Positions 10,310 through 23,221 of a stretch of DNA of 60,302 nt are shown here, in pieces (position 1 is the stretch's first letter; every line of letters starts with the position of its first letter). Origin of the DNA: Thiohalophilus sp. GTDB taxonomy: Bacteria; Pseudomonadota; Gammaproteobacteria; UBA6429; Thiohalophilaceae. Location of the stretch: contig JBKGZJ010000001.1 of the NCBI GenBank assembly GCA_046545635.1, positions 1 to 60,302 on the forward strand, read 5' to 3'. A program made the translations under genes and the position numbers. The notes beneath the pieces are model-generated. The model was not told the DNA's origin. It saw nothing but the letters and a program-made list of their open reading frames with translations, and did no database searches.

Positions 10310-10558
10310 ATGTCGCAAATACCGAAAATCCAGCAGGTGGTCGCGGTACTCTGGCCCTCGTTTTTGACCGCGGGTATGGCGACGATCCTGTTCTTCACGG
10401 CGTTTGATCCGCAGTTGCTGGCGGAGCTGGCCGGTTACGGCGAGATCAGTCGCCTGGCGGGGTATACTATCGGCTTCTTTTTGTTCTGGCTGTTGACGGC
10501 GGGGACCTGTGCCCTGACCTGCTATTTTCAAAAGCCCTGCCCCCGACCCGGCGAGTGA
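10310..10558 (+). CDS. Small two-TM membrane protein downstream of ccoH
   Basis: VLWPSFLTAG...DP...YTIGFFLFW; RBS GGAGA; same strand as the cco genes. Confidence 0.75.
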   Translation: MSQIPKIQQVVAVLWPSFLTAGMATILFFTAFDPQLLAELAGYGEISRLAGYTIGFFLFWLLTAGTCALTCYFQKPCPRPGE

Positions 10559-10652
10559 TCCGGCACAGTGGAGGCCTGTTCGTTAGTTCTCCGAAGCAGG
10601 TCAGGGGTACAGAAAACAGGCCGGTCGACGCCAGCCGGATCCTGGGGGGTGG

Positions 10653-11945
10653 TCAGCCATTGCGGGATCGGGCATTGCTGCCGCCCCGTCCACCTTGCCC
10701 GGCGCGCCGCCGGCGCTGGGCGGTTTTTTTGCGTGGCGGCCGGGCGTTGGGATCCCGTTGCGGCGGTTTGGGTTTGATCAGTAACTGCGGATCCATCGGG
10801 ACCGCGGGGATCTTGTGGCCGATGTAGGCCTCGATATCCGGGAGGGAGAAGACATACTCATCACAGGCGAAGCTGATCGCCTCGCCCGTGGCGCCGGCCC
10901 GGGCCGTGCGGCCGATGCGATGCACGTAATCCTCGGCGTCCTGCGGCAGATCGAAGTTGATCACGTGGCTGACTGCCGGAATGTGCAGACCGCGGGCGGC
11001 CACATCGGTGGCCACCAGCAGGTTGAGTTCGCCGTCACTGAACTGGCGTAACAGCTTGAGACGCTGTTTTTGCGGCACATCGCCGGTCAGCAGCGCGGCG
11101 GCCTGATCGTTGCCGCGCAGATAGTCGGCGATCTTCTCCCCCGCCCGCTTGGTGTTGACAAAGATCACCGCACGGTCGACGTGCTGGTTGGCGAGGATGC
11201 CCAGCAACAGGCTGATCTTCTCTTCCTTGGCGGGGTAATAGACGCTTTCGACCACCTGTTCGGCGGTGATCTGCTCCGGTTCGATCTCCACCGCCTCGGG
11301 GTTGTTCATGTGTTCGTAGGCCAGTTCCTTGACCCGGTGCGAGAGGGTGGCGGAGAACAGCAGATTCAGCCGCCGGTCGGCCTCGGGCAGGCGGCGCAGC
11401 AAAAAGCGGATGTCCTTGATGAAGCCGAGATCGAACATGCGATCGGCTTCATCCAGAATCATTACCTGGATGGCGTGCAGATCGAATACCTTCTGTTTGA
11501 AGTAGTCGATGATTCGCCCGGGGGTGCCGATCAGCACATCCACGCCCGCTTCCAGTTGCTGGCGCTGACTGTCGTAGCCGGTACCGCCGTAAGCCAGGCC
11601 CAGCCGCATACCGAGGTGTTTGTTGAGCAGTTCGGCATCCTTGTGAATCTGCACCGCCAGTTCGCGGGTCGGGGCAAGGATCAGCGCGCGGGGCTGGTTG
11701 GGCCGGCGCCGGGCGTCGGCGGGATGGCGCAGCAGGTGGGCAAACAGGGCGATCAGAAACGCGGCGGTCTTGCCGGTGCCGGTCTGCGCCTGGCCGGAGA
11801 CATCCTTGCCCGCCAGGGCCAGCGGCAAGGTCTCGGCCTGAACCGGGGTGCAGTATGAAAAGCCCGCCTCTTCAATGCCTTGCAGCAGCGCGGCGGGCAG
11901 ATCCAGGCTGTCGAAACGGGTGTCGGACAGATGCGTATCACTCAT
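10653..11945 (-). CDS. rhlB: DEAD-box RNA helicase RhlB
   Basis: [30 protein letters not shown]; divergent from trxA-rho. Confidence 0.93.
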   Translation of the reverse strand: MSDTHLSDTRFDSLDLPAALLQGIEEAGFSYCTPVQAETLPLALAGKDVSGQAQTGTGKTAAFLIALFAHLLRHPADARRRPNQPRALILAPTRELAVQIHKDAELLNKHLGMRLGLAYGGTGYDSQRQQLEAGVDVLIGTPGRIIDYFKQKVFDLHAIQVMILDEADRMFDLGFIKDIRFLLRRLPEADRRLNLLFSATLSHRVKELAYEHMNNPEAVEIEPEQITAEQVVESVYYPAKEEKISLLLGILANQHVDRAVIFVNTKRAGEKIADYLRGNDQAAALLTGDVPQKQRLKLLRQFSDGELNLLVATDVAARGLHIPAVSHVINFDLPQDAEDYVHRIGRTARAGATGEAISFACDEYVFSLPDIEAYIGHKIPAVPMDPQLLIKPKPPQRDPNARPPRKKTAQRRRRAGQGGRGGSNARSRNG

Positions 11946-12167
11946 GGGCGCACAGAATAGCAGATCGGCATCTTTTTGGGACTTGAAATAACGCCAATCT
12001 TGGGCTCAAATGTAATCACACCCCCTGCGCAGGCGAGCCCGCTCGAGCAGGGCAATGGCCCACATGGTATGTCAGGCGCCCGAAGACGTGTTAAGGTTAG
12101 CCGCCCGATATCACCCGAGTCAGTCAATGTTCCGCGACTGCAAAACAACACAAATGGGAGAAACACG

Positions 12168-12494
12168 TTGAGCGACAAGATCGTTTACGTCACAGATGCC
12201 ACGTTTGAAGATGAAGTTCTCAAGGCGGGAGAGCCGGTTCTGGTCGATTACTGGGCTGACTGGTGCGGTCCCTGCAAAATGATCGCGCCGATTCTGGATG
12301 AGATTGCCGATGAGTATGCCGGCAAGATCAAGGTCGCCAAACTCAATATTGATGAAAATCCCGGGACCCCGCCCAAGTTCGGGATTCGCGGTATTCCGAC
12401 CCTGATGTTGTTCAAAGGCGGCAATGTCGAGGCGACCAAGGTAGGCGCGGTTTCCAAGTCCCAGCTGACCGCCTTCATTGACAGCAACCTGTGA
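12168..12494 (+). CDS. trxA: Thioredoxin 1
   Basis: [13 protein letters not shown]; TTG start after the GGGAG RBS. Confidence 0.96.
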   Translation: MSDKIVYVTDATFEDEVLKAGEPVLVDYWADWCGPCKMIAPILDEIADEYAGKIKVAKLNIDENPGTPPKFGIRGIPTLMLFKGGNVEATKVGAVSKSQLTAFIDSNL

Positions 12495-12709
12495 GCATTT
12501 TTCTGGTCCAGCTCATCACCTCGGGGCTGGACGAACCTGTTTTTTGGTGATAACTTTAAGGCCAAGAACGCATACGAATACCATCGTTTTATTTGTAACC
12601 TGCCTTCACGGGCAACCCCTCAAGCAACCCTGATACAGACGCTGACCGCGTAGCCGGCAGTCCGGTGCGTGTGATGCCGCGTAACCAACCTGATTGTAAG
12701 AAAACACCT

Positions 12710-13966
<1,257 letters not shown>

Positions 13967-14153
13967 TCGGGCCCCTCCGCCGGCAGCACTGAATCGAGCT
14001 GAAAACTCTTGTCAGAACAGACCACTGCAAACAGTTCTTCGGGTGGTTTGTGAGCTGAAGCACAGCACCGGTTTTGACAGGTTCGGGGAAAAGGACGAAG
14101 ATTACTGCAGGGGCTCTGATGTCGGGTCGCCCCGAAACTGCAGGACCGAACCC

Positions 14154-14501
14154 ATGGCACGATCCGAGACGGCCTACCATATCGATTTCGACGACTGGGC
14201 GCGCCTGGCCAAAACCGATCCGGCGCGTTTCGAGGACTTGCGGGATCGGGTGCTGGATTACTGTATTGCCCGTGCCCCGGCCGACCGCCAGGAGCGGTTA
14301 CGGCGTCTGCAATGGCGCATTAACCAGGTGCGAAATACCGCCAGCAACCCACTCTCGGCCTGTATCACCATTTCCAACATGATGTGGTCCAGCTTCAGTC
14401 ACCTGGGCGAGGCCTATGACGATTTGCAGCATTCCCGGCGTCCGTTCCGCCGCTGTGCCCGCATTCTGTCGTTCCCCGAACAGCCCCGCAGCAAGACGTA
14501 A
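14154..14501 (+). CDS. DUF3135-like protein
   Basis: [34 protein letters not shown] pattern; ends in a RILSFP motif. Confidence 0.75.
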   Translation: MARSETAYHIDFDDWARLAKTDPARFEDLRDRVLDYCIARAPADRQERLRRLQWRINQVRNTASNPLSACITISNMMWSSFSHLGEAYDDLQHSRRPFRRCARILSFPEQPRSKT

Positions 14502-14620
14502 ATCCCCGGCAGGACTTGCCCTGCGGCGGCCAAATCCCGTATGATCGCCCGCCTCGATGCGTATGGTGCCCGGACAGGCCGGTGTGGCGATGCGCCCGAA
14601 AGAGAACTGTGAGGTTACCC

Positions 14621-14827
14621 ATGAAAGCTGAAATTCACCCCGCTTACCAGGAAGTGTCCGTCACCTGTAGTTGTGGCAACAACTTCACCACCCGCTCGAC
14701 GGTCGGCAAGGATCTGAATATCGAAGTCTGCGCCCAGTGTCACCCGTTCTATACCGGCAAGCAGAAACTGCTCGATACCGCCGGTCGCGTGGACAAGTTC
14801 CGCCAGAAGTACGGCATGAAAAAGTAA
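14621..14827 (+). CDS. rpmE: 50S ribosomal protein L31 (Zn-binding form)
   Basis: [25 protein letters not shown]. Confidence 0.98.
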   Translation: MKAEIHPAYQEVSVTCSCGNNFTTRSTVGKDLNIEVCAQCHPFYTGKQKLLDTAGRVDKFRQKYGMKK

Positions 14828-14831
14828 GTCC

Positions 14832-15671
14832 GTGGCGATACGCACGACGGAAGTTATCAAAAAGGCGCTGGTTACAGCGCCTTTTTTGTTGGTGCCGGGA
14901 TCGTCGGCTGCAATCGCCGATAGTTGTCGGCCGGCGCAGTTCGATGCACAGGTCAGCGTGCGTTACGTGCATGACGGTGACACCGTACACCTGCGTGACG
15001 GGCGCAAGCTGCGGATCATCGGTATCAATACCCCCGAACGGGCCCGCGATGAACAACCCGCCGAGCCTTATGCCGGCGCCGCGCGGCGCCAGCTGCAGGC
15101 CTACGCCGACGGTCCCTGGTCGCTGGTTTATGACCAGCAGCGGCGGGATCGTTACGGTCGCCTGCTGGCTCATGTGTTCGATCGACAGGGGCGCAACATT
15201 ACCCGCCGGCTGCTTGCCGCGGGGGCCGGGCAGCTGCTGGTCTTCCCGCCCAATCTGAAATTTGTCGACTGTTATCGCCGCGCCCAGCAAACGGCCCGCC
15301 GGGCGCAACGCGGCCTGTGGGCCCTGTCGACCTATCAGCCCTTGTCCACCGCGCAGCTGAGTACGGCCAACGCCGAGGGTTATCGGCTGGTGCGCGGGCG
15401 GTTGACCCGCATCGGCGAAAGCCGTTCCTCGTTGTGGCTCAATCTCGGGGAGGATTTTGCGCTGCGTATCGCCCGATCGGAGCTGGAGTATTTCGAGCGT
15501 CGGCAGATCGAGGCCTGGCGCCGACAGCCCCTGCTGGCGCAGGGCTGGATCTATCGACGCAGTAGCCAGTGGCGCATGCGCTTGCGCCATCCGGCAGCAT
15601 TGCTGGAGGGGACAGACCAGGCCCCGCTGGCAAAACCGCGGGGCATGCGCCACCATGGGCATTCCCGCTGA
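14832..15671 (+). CDS. Thermonuclease (SNase-like) family protein, probably exported
   Basis: VHDGDT, RIIGINTPE, DRYGRLLAHV, ARRAQRGLW; signal-peptide-like N-terminus; start uncertain. Confidence 0.88.
   Translation: MAIRTTEVIKKALVTAPFLLVPGSSAAIADSCRPAQFDAQVSVRYVHDGDTVHLRDGRKLRIIGINTPERARDEQPAEPYAGAARRQLQAYADGPWSLVYDQQRRDRYGRLLAHVFDRQGRNITRRLLAAGAGQLLVFPPNLKFVDCYRRAQQTARRAQRGLWALSTYQPLSTAQLSTANAEGYRLVRGRLTRIGESRSSLWLNLGEDFALRIARSELEYFERRQIEAWRRQPLLAQGWIYRRSSQWRMRLRHPAALLEGTDQAPLAKPRGMRHHGHSR
14859..14887 (+). terminator. Intrinsic terminator after rpmE
   Basis: AAAAAGGCGCTG-GTTA-CAGCGCCTTTTTT. Confidence 0.85.
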
Positions 15672-15736
15672 GGTCACCATTGGTACGGCGGGGAGTTTTG
15701 CCGGTAGCACAACGGATTGAGTTGAATGAGATCAAC

Positions 15737-16984
15737 ATGAACGACGATGAACTGCCCTTTTCCGAACAGGCCCTGCGCTATCACGCCGAACCGCGCCCGG
15801 GTAAAACCGCCACCGCCCTGACCAAACCGGTCACGACCCAGCACGATCTGAGCCTGGCCTACACGCCGGGGGTGGCGGTCCCGGTGCGGGCCATCGCCGG
15901 GGATCCGCAACAGGCCTATCGCTATACCAACAAGGGGAACCTGGTGGCCGTGATTTCCAACGGCACCGCGGTACTGGGGCTGGGCAATGTGGGCGCGCTG
16001 GCCAGCAAGCCGGTGATGGAAGGCAAGGCGGTGCTGTTTAAATATTTCGCCGATGTGGATGTGGTGGATATCGAAGTGGATGCCGAATCCCCGAAAGCCT
16101 TCATCGATACCGTGCGCCGGATCGCGCCGAGCTTCGGCGGCATCAATCTGGAGGATATCGCCGCGCCCGACTGCTTCGATATCGAGCAGGCGCTCAAGGC
16201 GCAACTGGATATTCCGGTGTTTCATGACGATCAGCACGGTACCGCGATCATCATTGCCGCCGGGCTGCTCAATGCCCTGGAGCTGACCGGGCGCACCCTC
16301 AAGGAGGCGCGTATCGTCTGCCTGGGCGCCGGGTCGGCGGGCATTGCCTCGATGCGACTGTTACATGAACTGGGCGCGGACAAGCGGCATATCACCCTGC
16401 TGGATCGTAAAGGGGTCATCCATTCGGAGCGGCGGAACATTAATGCCCACAAGCGCGAATTTGCCCGGCGCACCGGCCGGCGCACCCTGGAAGAGGCACT
16501 GGCCGGCGCGGATGTCTTCATCGGGGTCTCGGGGCCGAACCTGGTCTCGCCGGGCATGTTGCAGCGCATGGCCGACAAGCCCATTGTCTTTGCCCTTTCC
16601 AATCCCGATCCGGAGATCACACCGGCCAACGCCCATGCGGCACGCAGCGATCTGATCATGGCGACGGGGCGCAGTGATTATCCCAATCAGGTGAATAATG
16701 TGCTGGGGTTTCCGTTTATTTTTCGCGGGGCGCTGGATGTGCAGGCTTCGGCCATCAATACCGAAATGGTGATCGCGGCGGTGAAGGCGCTGGCGGAGCT
16801 GGCCCATGAGCCGGTACCCCGGGAGGTGCTGCAGGCCTACGGGCTCGAACAGCTCGTCTTCGGACGGGACTACATCATTCCCAAGCCGTTTGATCCGCGG
16901 CTGCGGGAGTTTGTCTCCGGGGCGGTGGCGCGGGCGGCGCAGGACAGTGGCGTGGCGCGGGTGGCGTATACGCCCCGGGGCTAG
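15737..16984 (+). CDS. NAD(P)-dependent malic enzyme (no C-terminal PTA domain)
   Basis: LSLAYTPGVA, SNGTAVLGLG, MEGKA.LFK, FHDDQHGTA, GAGSAG, TGRSDYPNQVNN. Confidence 0.92.
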   Translation: MNDDELPFSEQALRYHAEPRPGKTATALTKPVTTQHDLSLAYTPGVAVPVRAIAGDPQQAYRYTNKGNLVAVISNGTAVLGLGNVGALASKPVMEGKAVLFKYFADVDVVDIEVDAESPKAFIDTVRRIAPSFGGINLEDIAAPDCFDIEQALKAQLDIPVFHDDQHGTAIIIAAGLLNALELTGRTLKEARIVCLGAGSAGIASMRLLHELGADKRHITLLDRKGVIHSERRNINAHKREFARRTGRRTLEEALAGADVFIGVSGPNLVSPGMLQRMADKPIVFALSNPDPEITPANAHAARSDLIMATGRSDYPNQVNNVLGFPFIFRGALDVQASAINTEMVIAAVKALAELAHEPVPREVLQAYGLEQLVFGRDYIIPKPFDPRLREFVSGAVARAAQDSGVARVAYTPRG

Positions 16985-16988
16985 GACA

Positions 16989-17600
16989 CTAAGCTTCCGT
17001 GCCCAGCAGTTCCCGTACCCGGTTCAATGAGGCACGCTGCATCGGCCGACCGTCGACCGGACTCAGGGGCGGCTGCAGAGGACCGTCCTGGACAAACACC
17101 ACCAGCTCGATGCGGGTGTCTTCGGCATAAAAGCGCAGCACAGGCAGGGTGACTGTCTGTTCCGCGGAGAAACGGACCTTGCGTTCGCCCTGCTCATAGG
17201 GGATCTGGTGCTCCAGCAAAAAAATATCCAGATCCTCGAGGCGCGGCACGAACAGATGCAGGACCACGGGGGAATGGACATCGGCGCTGCCGTCGAGGAC
17301 GCTGCCGACCAGTTTGGGTTTGAAGGGCGCAAAAAATTCCATTGCCTGCAGGGCCCGGGCACGCAGATTATGCAGTGCTGCAGGCTGGGCATCGGCCCGG
17401 AACAGCCGCTGGTATTCGCGCAGGGCCTGATCGATTTCAGTGTTGCTGGGCATGTTGCGGGTATCGACCGCGCCCAGATGCAGGGCCGCCTTGCGTTTGG
17501 CGGCGTAGAAATCGCGGCTGCCGGTCTCGGCGAGGATCTGGGCGGCGGCCTGGGCCAGCCGCTGCCGCATTTGCAGATCCTTGGTATGTTTGTGTCCCAT
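16989..17600 (-). CDS. Conserved hypothetical protein with a nucleotidyltransferase-like LVGSV motif
   Basis: 203-aa ORF directly downstream of mrcA; AKRKAA helix, LVGSVLDG. Confidence 0.75.
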   Translation of the reverse strand: MGHKHTKDLQMRQRLAQAAAQILAETGSRDFYAAKRKAALHLGAVDTRNMPSNTEIDQALREYQRLFRADAQPAALHNLRARALQAMEFFAPFKPKLVGSVLDGSADVHSPVVLHLFVPRLEDLDIFLLEHQIPYEQGERKVRFSAEQTVTLPVLRFYAEDTRIELVVFVQDGPLQPPLSPVDGRPMQRASLNRVRELLGTEA

Positions 17601-17610
17601 TTTTTAACAG

Positions 17611-20187
17611 CTAGAAGATATCGCGAGTGATGTTGTCACTGCCCTGCTGCTCGCCATTCGAGTCCGCCCGGTTTTCGGTACGGCGCTCGGGCACCTGATC
17701 TTCCAGAAAGTATTCAAACACCGCATCCGGCGCACCGCTGCCAACCAGTTCGCCGGTTTCGGGATCGATCAGTACCGAGACCATGCCCGGTGGCTGTTCC
17801 AGGAGGGGTTCCTCGGATTCGTCACGCAGGGCCTCGCGCATGTATTTGATCCACATGGGCAGTGCGGCGCGGGCGCCGGCTTCACGATGGCCGAGCGGTT
17901 TCGGGGTATCGAAGCCGACCCAGGAGATGGTGACCAGATTGCGGTTGAAGCCGGAGAACCAGGCATCGCGTTGATCGTTGGTGGTGCCCGTTTTGCCGGC
18001 CAGATCATTTCGTCCCAGCACCATGGCACCGCGTCCGGTGCCGCGGCGGACCACCTCGCGCATCATGTTGTTTATTAAAAACGCGGTCTGGGCCGTGAGC
18101 ACCCGCGGAGCAATCTGTGGCTGCTGCGGCCCCTGCATGACCTGGCGCCACTCCCCGGGCGTTACTTCTTCCCGGGTGAAGCTGGGTACCCACGGCTCGT
18201 CCGCCGGGGTGGTCTGGTCCGATCGCGGAACCGTGTCGTCCTCGTCCCGGGCGTCGGGACAGTCCGGGCAGACCCGGGCCGGTCGATTCAGCAGGACGAC
18301 CTTCTGATCAGCATCCAGCACGTAATCGATCAGGTTGGGTTCGACGAAATAGCCGCCATTGGCAAACACGGTATAGCCGCGCGACAGCTCCATGGGTGTC
18401 AGGACCCCGCTGCCCAGCGCCAGGGAGAGATCCCGCGGCAGGGTGCTGGAGTTAAAGCCGAACCGCTCCAGATAACGCAGGGCGTAGCCAATGCCGATTT
18501 CGCGCAGCAGGCGGATGGACACCAGGTTACGGGAATGGACCAGCGCCTCGCGCAGGCGGGTGGGGCCATAGAAACGGCCACTGTAATTTTCCGGTCGCCA
18601 GGTATCCTCCAGTCCGGGCGCATCGAACACCACCGGCGCGTCATTGATAATACTGGCGGCAGTAAAGCCCTTGTCGATGGCTGCCGAATAGATAAACGGT
18701 TTGAAGCTGGAGCCGGGCTGGCGCAGGGCCTGGGTGACCCGGTTGAAGTTGCTGGCATAATAGTCAAAGCCGCCGGTCAGGGCCTCGATCGCCCCGTCAT
18801 CGGGATTGAGCGAGACCAGCGCGCCGGACACCTGCGGCAGCTGAGCCAGCCAGCTGCACCCCTCTTCGGCCGCTGTTACGTATATCACATCGCCGCGTTG
18901 CAGTACCTCGGCGGCCGATTTCAACTCCGGGCCGCGGTTGTTTTCATCAATATACTCGCGGGCCCAGTTGAGTTGCTCCCAGGGCAGGTAGGTCAGCCGG
19001 TTGTCTCGGGTCAGGGCGTAGACCGCCTGCTCCTCGACCGCCAGTACCAGCGCCGGGGTCAGGTTGCCCGGGGCGGGGACATTGTGCAGCAGTGAGGCCC
19101 AGTCCGCCTCGGCGGACGGGATCTCGAGCATGCCCTGCTCCGCCTTCCCGGGGAGTTCCCCGGGCTGCAGCCCCGGATCGGGAGTGACGCTGCCGAGCAG
19201 ATCAATATGGTTGACGGGGCCGCGGTACCCGTGACGCCGATCGTATTCCAACAGGGCTTCGCGCAGCGCCCGGTTGGCGGCTTTCTGGCGTTGCGGCTGC
19301 ACGGTGGTGTAGACCTCGTAGCCGGCGGTGTAGGCTTCGTCGCCGTAGCGGTTGACCATTTCATTGCGCGCCATTTCGGCGATATAGGGCGCCTCGAGAT
19401 CGGTGGACTGGCCGTGGACTTTGGCATGGACCGGGACGGCCACAGCGAGCTGATATGCCTCTTCGGAGATGTAGTCGAGATCGCGCATCCGGCCCAGAAC
19501 ATAGTTGCGGCGCTGAATCGCGCGAGTGGGGTTGGCGACCGGATTGTAGCTGGAGGGAGCCTTGGGCAGTCCGGCAACCATCGCCATCTCATCCAGACTC
19601 AGATCGGCCAGCGTCTTGCCGTAGTAGACCTGGGCCGCGGCCGAGGCGCCGTAGGCCCGTTTGCCCAGATAGATCTTGTTCAGGTAGAGGGAGAGGATCT
19701 CCTCCTTGGAGAGCTCGCCCTCGATTTTCAGCGCCAGGAAAATTTCGTTGAGCTTGCGCAGGTAGGTTTTTTCCCGGCTCAAAAAGAAGTTGCGTGCCAC
19801 CTGCATGGTGATGGTGCTGCCGCCCTGGCCCTTTTCGCCGGTCAGGATCAAATTGATCGCGGCACGCAGGATCCCCTGGTAATCGACACCCGGATGTTCG
19901 AAGAAACGGTCATCTTCGGCGGCCAGGAAGGCGTGGATCAGGCGAGGCGGGAATTCTTCGTATTTCAGCGGAGTTCGCTTCATTTCGCCGAATTCCGCGA
20001 TCAATCCACCCTTTTTATCGTAAATCCGCAAGGGGACCTGCAGGCGTACATCCTTGAGCGTGTCGGTATCCGGCAGACGCGGCGTGATATAGGCGTACGC
20101 CCCCAGCAGGCCGACAGCACCGAGCAGACCCAGCGTCAAGGCAGAGGCGAGGGAAAATGTGACCAGTTTCTTAAATACGGGCTTCAT
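17611..20187 (-). CDS. mrcA: Penicillin-binding protein 1A
   Basis: EDDRFFEHPG, GGSTITMQ transglycosylase motifs; SSFK, SRN, KTGT transpeptidase motifs; divergent from pilM. Confidence 0.97.
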   Translation of the reverse strand: MKPVFKKLVTFSLASALTLGLLGAVGLLGAYAYITPRLPDTDTLKDVRLQVPLRIYDKKGGLIAEFGEMKRTPLKYEEFPPRLIHAFLAAEDDRFFEHPGVDYQGILRAAINLILTGEKGQGGSTITMQVARNFFLSREKTYLRKLNEIFLALKIEGELSKEEILSLYLNKIYLGKRAYGASAAAQVYYGKTLADLSLDEMAMVAGLPKAPSSYNPVANPTRAIQRRNYVLGRMRDLDYISEEAYQLAVAVPVHAKVHGQSTDLEAPYIAEMARNEMVNRYGDEAYTAGYEVYTTVQPQRQKAANRALREALLEYDRRHGYRGPVNHIDLLGSVTPDPGLQPGELPGKAEQGMLEIPSAEADWASLLHNVPAPGNLTPALVLAVEEQAVYALTRDNRLTYLPWEQLNWAREYIDENNRGPELKSAAEVLQRGDVIYVTAAEEGCSWLAQLPQVSGALVSLNPDDGAIEALTGGFDYYASNFNRVTQALRQPGSSFKPFIYSAAIDKGFTAASIINDAPVVFDAPGLEDTWRPENYSGRFYGPTRLREALVHSRNLVSIRLLREIGIGYALRYLERFGFNSSTLPRDLSLALGSGVLTPMELSRGYTVFANGGYFVEPNLIDYVLDADQKVVLLNRPARVCPDCPDARDEDDTVPRSDQTTPADEPWVPSFTREEVTPGEWRQVMQGPQQPQIAPRVLTAQTAFLINNMMREVVRRGTGRGAMVLGRNDLAGKTGTTNDQRDAWFSGFNRNLVTISWVGFDTPKPLGHREAGARAALPMWIKYMREALRDESEEPLLEQPPGMVSVLIDPETGELVGSGAPDAVFEYFLEDQVPERRTENRADSNGEQQGSDNITRDIF

Positions 20188-20323
20188 ATATCTAATTTTA
20201 AAAAAGAATTGGATTGTCCCACCCGATACAGGGCAGGCGTCCAGTATAATTCTTCCGTTCTGTGAACACTATTCCCATTTGTTTTTATAGTTTTGTTGAC
20301 CTATAGTTGACTCATAAACCTAA

Positions 20324-21438
<1,115 letters not shown>

Positions 21439-21439
<1 letters not shown>

Positions 21440-22020
21440 TGGCACACATCAACCTTTTACCCTGGCGTGAAGAGCTGCGCCGTGAGAAGCAACGGCAGTT
21501 TCTGACGGTTCTCGTGTTGTCTGTCATCCTCATGGGGATGATTATTCTGGTCGTGCATCTGCGCATGGCCGCCATGATTGATCACCAGGAATCGCGTAAC
21601 CGATATCTGCAAAATGAAATCAGCAAGGTGGAAAAACAGATCAAGGAGATCGAGCAGATCGAACAAGACAAGGAACGCCTGCTGGCGCGCATGGAAGTCA
21701 TCCAGCAATTGCAGCGCAACCGGCCCGAGGTAGTCCGGCTGTTCGATGAGATTCTTCATATTACTCCAGACGGGGTTCATCTGGAAAGTATGAAGCAGTC
21801 TGAAAACAAACTGGTACTTAACGGTGTCGCGCAATCCAATGCCCGGGTGTCGGCCTTTATGCGCAATATCGAATCATCGAACTGGTTGAAAGACCCCCGA
21901 CTGGAGGTTATCCAGAAAAAAGGCAAGGGCGACGAACAAGATAGCTCAAGATCTTTTGTTCTGCATATGTCGCAGGTCAGCATGGACAAGGCTGAAGGCA
22001 ACGGGGAATCGAAAAAATGA
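21439..22020 (+). CDS. pilN: Type IV pilus assembly protein PilN
   Basis: INLLPWRE motif. Confidence 0.96.
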
Positions 22021-22631
22021 AAGATCTCGATTTAAGTGAATTAGACCTGAGTACCATCGGCTCCTGGCCGGCTGCGGTCAAGGCGGCGGTTATTGGCGTT
22101 GTCTGTGTTGCAGTGCTGGCTCTGGGCTATTTCCTGCATATTCAGAAAAAAATAGAGCAGCTTGAGCAGGTCCGTGCGAAAGAGCCAACCCTGAAGCGTG
22201 AGTTCGAGCAGAAACAGGCCAAGGCGGTGAATCTGGATGCCTATAAAAAGCAGATGCAGGAGATGGAAAAATCGTTCGGGACCATGTTGCGACAGTTGCC
22301 GAGTAAAACCGAAGTTGATGAGTTATTGATCGACGTCTCACAAACGGGGTTAAGCAGCGGTATCGAGTTCGAGTTGTTCAGGCCCCAGTCAGAAAGGCAG
22401 ATCGAATTTTATGCCGAGCTGCCGATCGAGATAAGTATGCTGGGAACCTATCATCAGTTTGGCCGGTTTGTCAGTGGTGTTGCCGCACTGCCCCGCATTG
22501 TCACGCTGCATGACATTAATCTCACGACTAACAGGGATGGCAGGCTGAAAATGGATGTGACAGCCAAGACCTATCGCTATCTTGATGAAGACGAGCTGGC
22601 GTCAACAAAAAAGAGCAAGAAGAGGCGATAG
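22017..22631 (+). CDS. pilO: Type IV pilus assembly protein PilO
   Basis: IGSWP, LRQLPSKTEV, FYAELPI, LPRIVTLHD, AKTYRY. Confidence 0.96.
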   Translation: MKDLDLSELDLSTIGSWPAAVKAAVIGVVCVAVLALGYFLHIQKKIEQLEQVRAKEPTLKREFEQKQAKAVNLDAYKKQMQEMEKSFGTMLRQLPSKTEVDELLIDVSQTGLSSGIEFELFRPQSERQIEFYAELPIEISMLGTYHQFGRFVSGVAALPRIVTLHDINLTTNRDGRLKMDVTAKTYRYLDEDELASTKKSKKRR

Positions 22632-22655
22632 GATTTCAATTCCTGAGTGCAACCT

Positions 22656-23189
22656 ATGCTTAATAATAAATCGACAAAACTCGGATTATTGACGGCTGTG
22701 ATCCTGTTGGGTACCTCGTGCAGCGGTCCGGAACATGCCGATCTGCAGGAGTATGTGAAGCGGATTAAGGGAAAGAAACAGAGCAGTATCGAACCTCTGC
22801 CCGAGATCAAGCCGTATGAAACTTTTATCTACAAGCCGGATGACCTTCGGGATCCCTTTACGCCTTCTGTACAGGAGAAGGCGGTACAAGCGGGGCCTGT
22901 CAATACCGGTCTGCGACCGGATACCGATCGTAAACGTGAGGCTCTGGAGCAGTTTTCGCTCGATTCACTGGTGTTTGTCGGGCATCTGGAGAAAGATGGC
23001 GTGCTGTGGGGCCTGATCTCTGCACCGGATGCGACTGTCTACAAGGTAAGAGAAGGCAACTATATCGGCCAGAATTATGGCGAAATAGAAGAAATTTCCG
23101 AGACACAAATACTGATCACAGAGATTGTGTCTGATGGAAGTGGTGGATGGATTGAAAGAGAGGCGTCCCTGTCGCTGGAAAGCGAGTAA
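22656..23189 (+). CDS. pilP: Type IV pilus lipoprotein PilP
   Basis: Lipoprotein signal ending GTSC, IEPLP, RDPF, GNYIGQNYG. Confidence 0.94.
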   Translation: MLNNKSTKLGLLTAVILLGTSCSGPEHADLQEYVKRIKGKKQSSIEPLPEIKPYETFIYKPDDLRDPFTPSVQEKAVQAGPVNTGLRPDTDRKREALEQFSLDSLVFVGHLEKDGVLWGLISAPDATVYKVREGNYIGQNYGEIEEISETQILITEIVSDGSGGWIEREASLSLESE

Positions 23190-23221
23190 TTCGGGCTCCG
23201 TATAATTTTTGGAGTAGAACC

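Noticed and set aside
12506-12545. Hairpin after trxA as an intrinsic terminator
   Set aside because: The U-tract is separated from the stem by about 7 nt, so it cannot be called confidently. It may be part of the rho leader.
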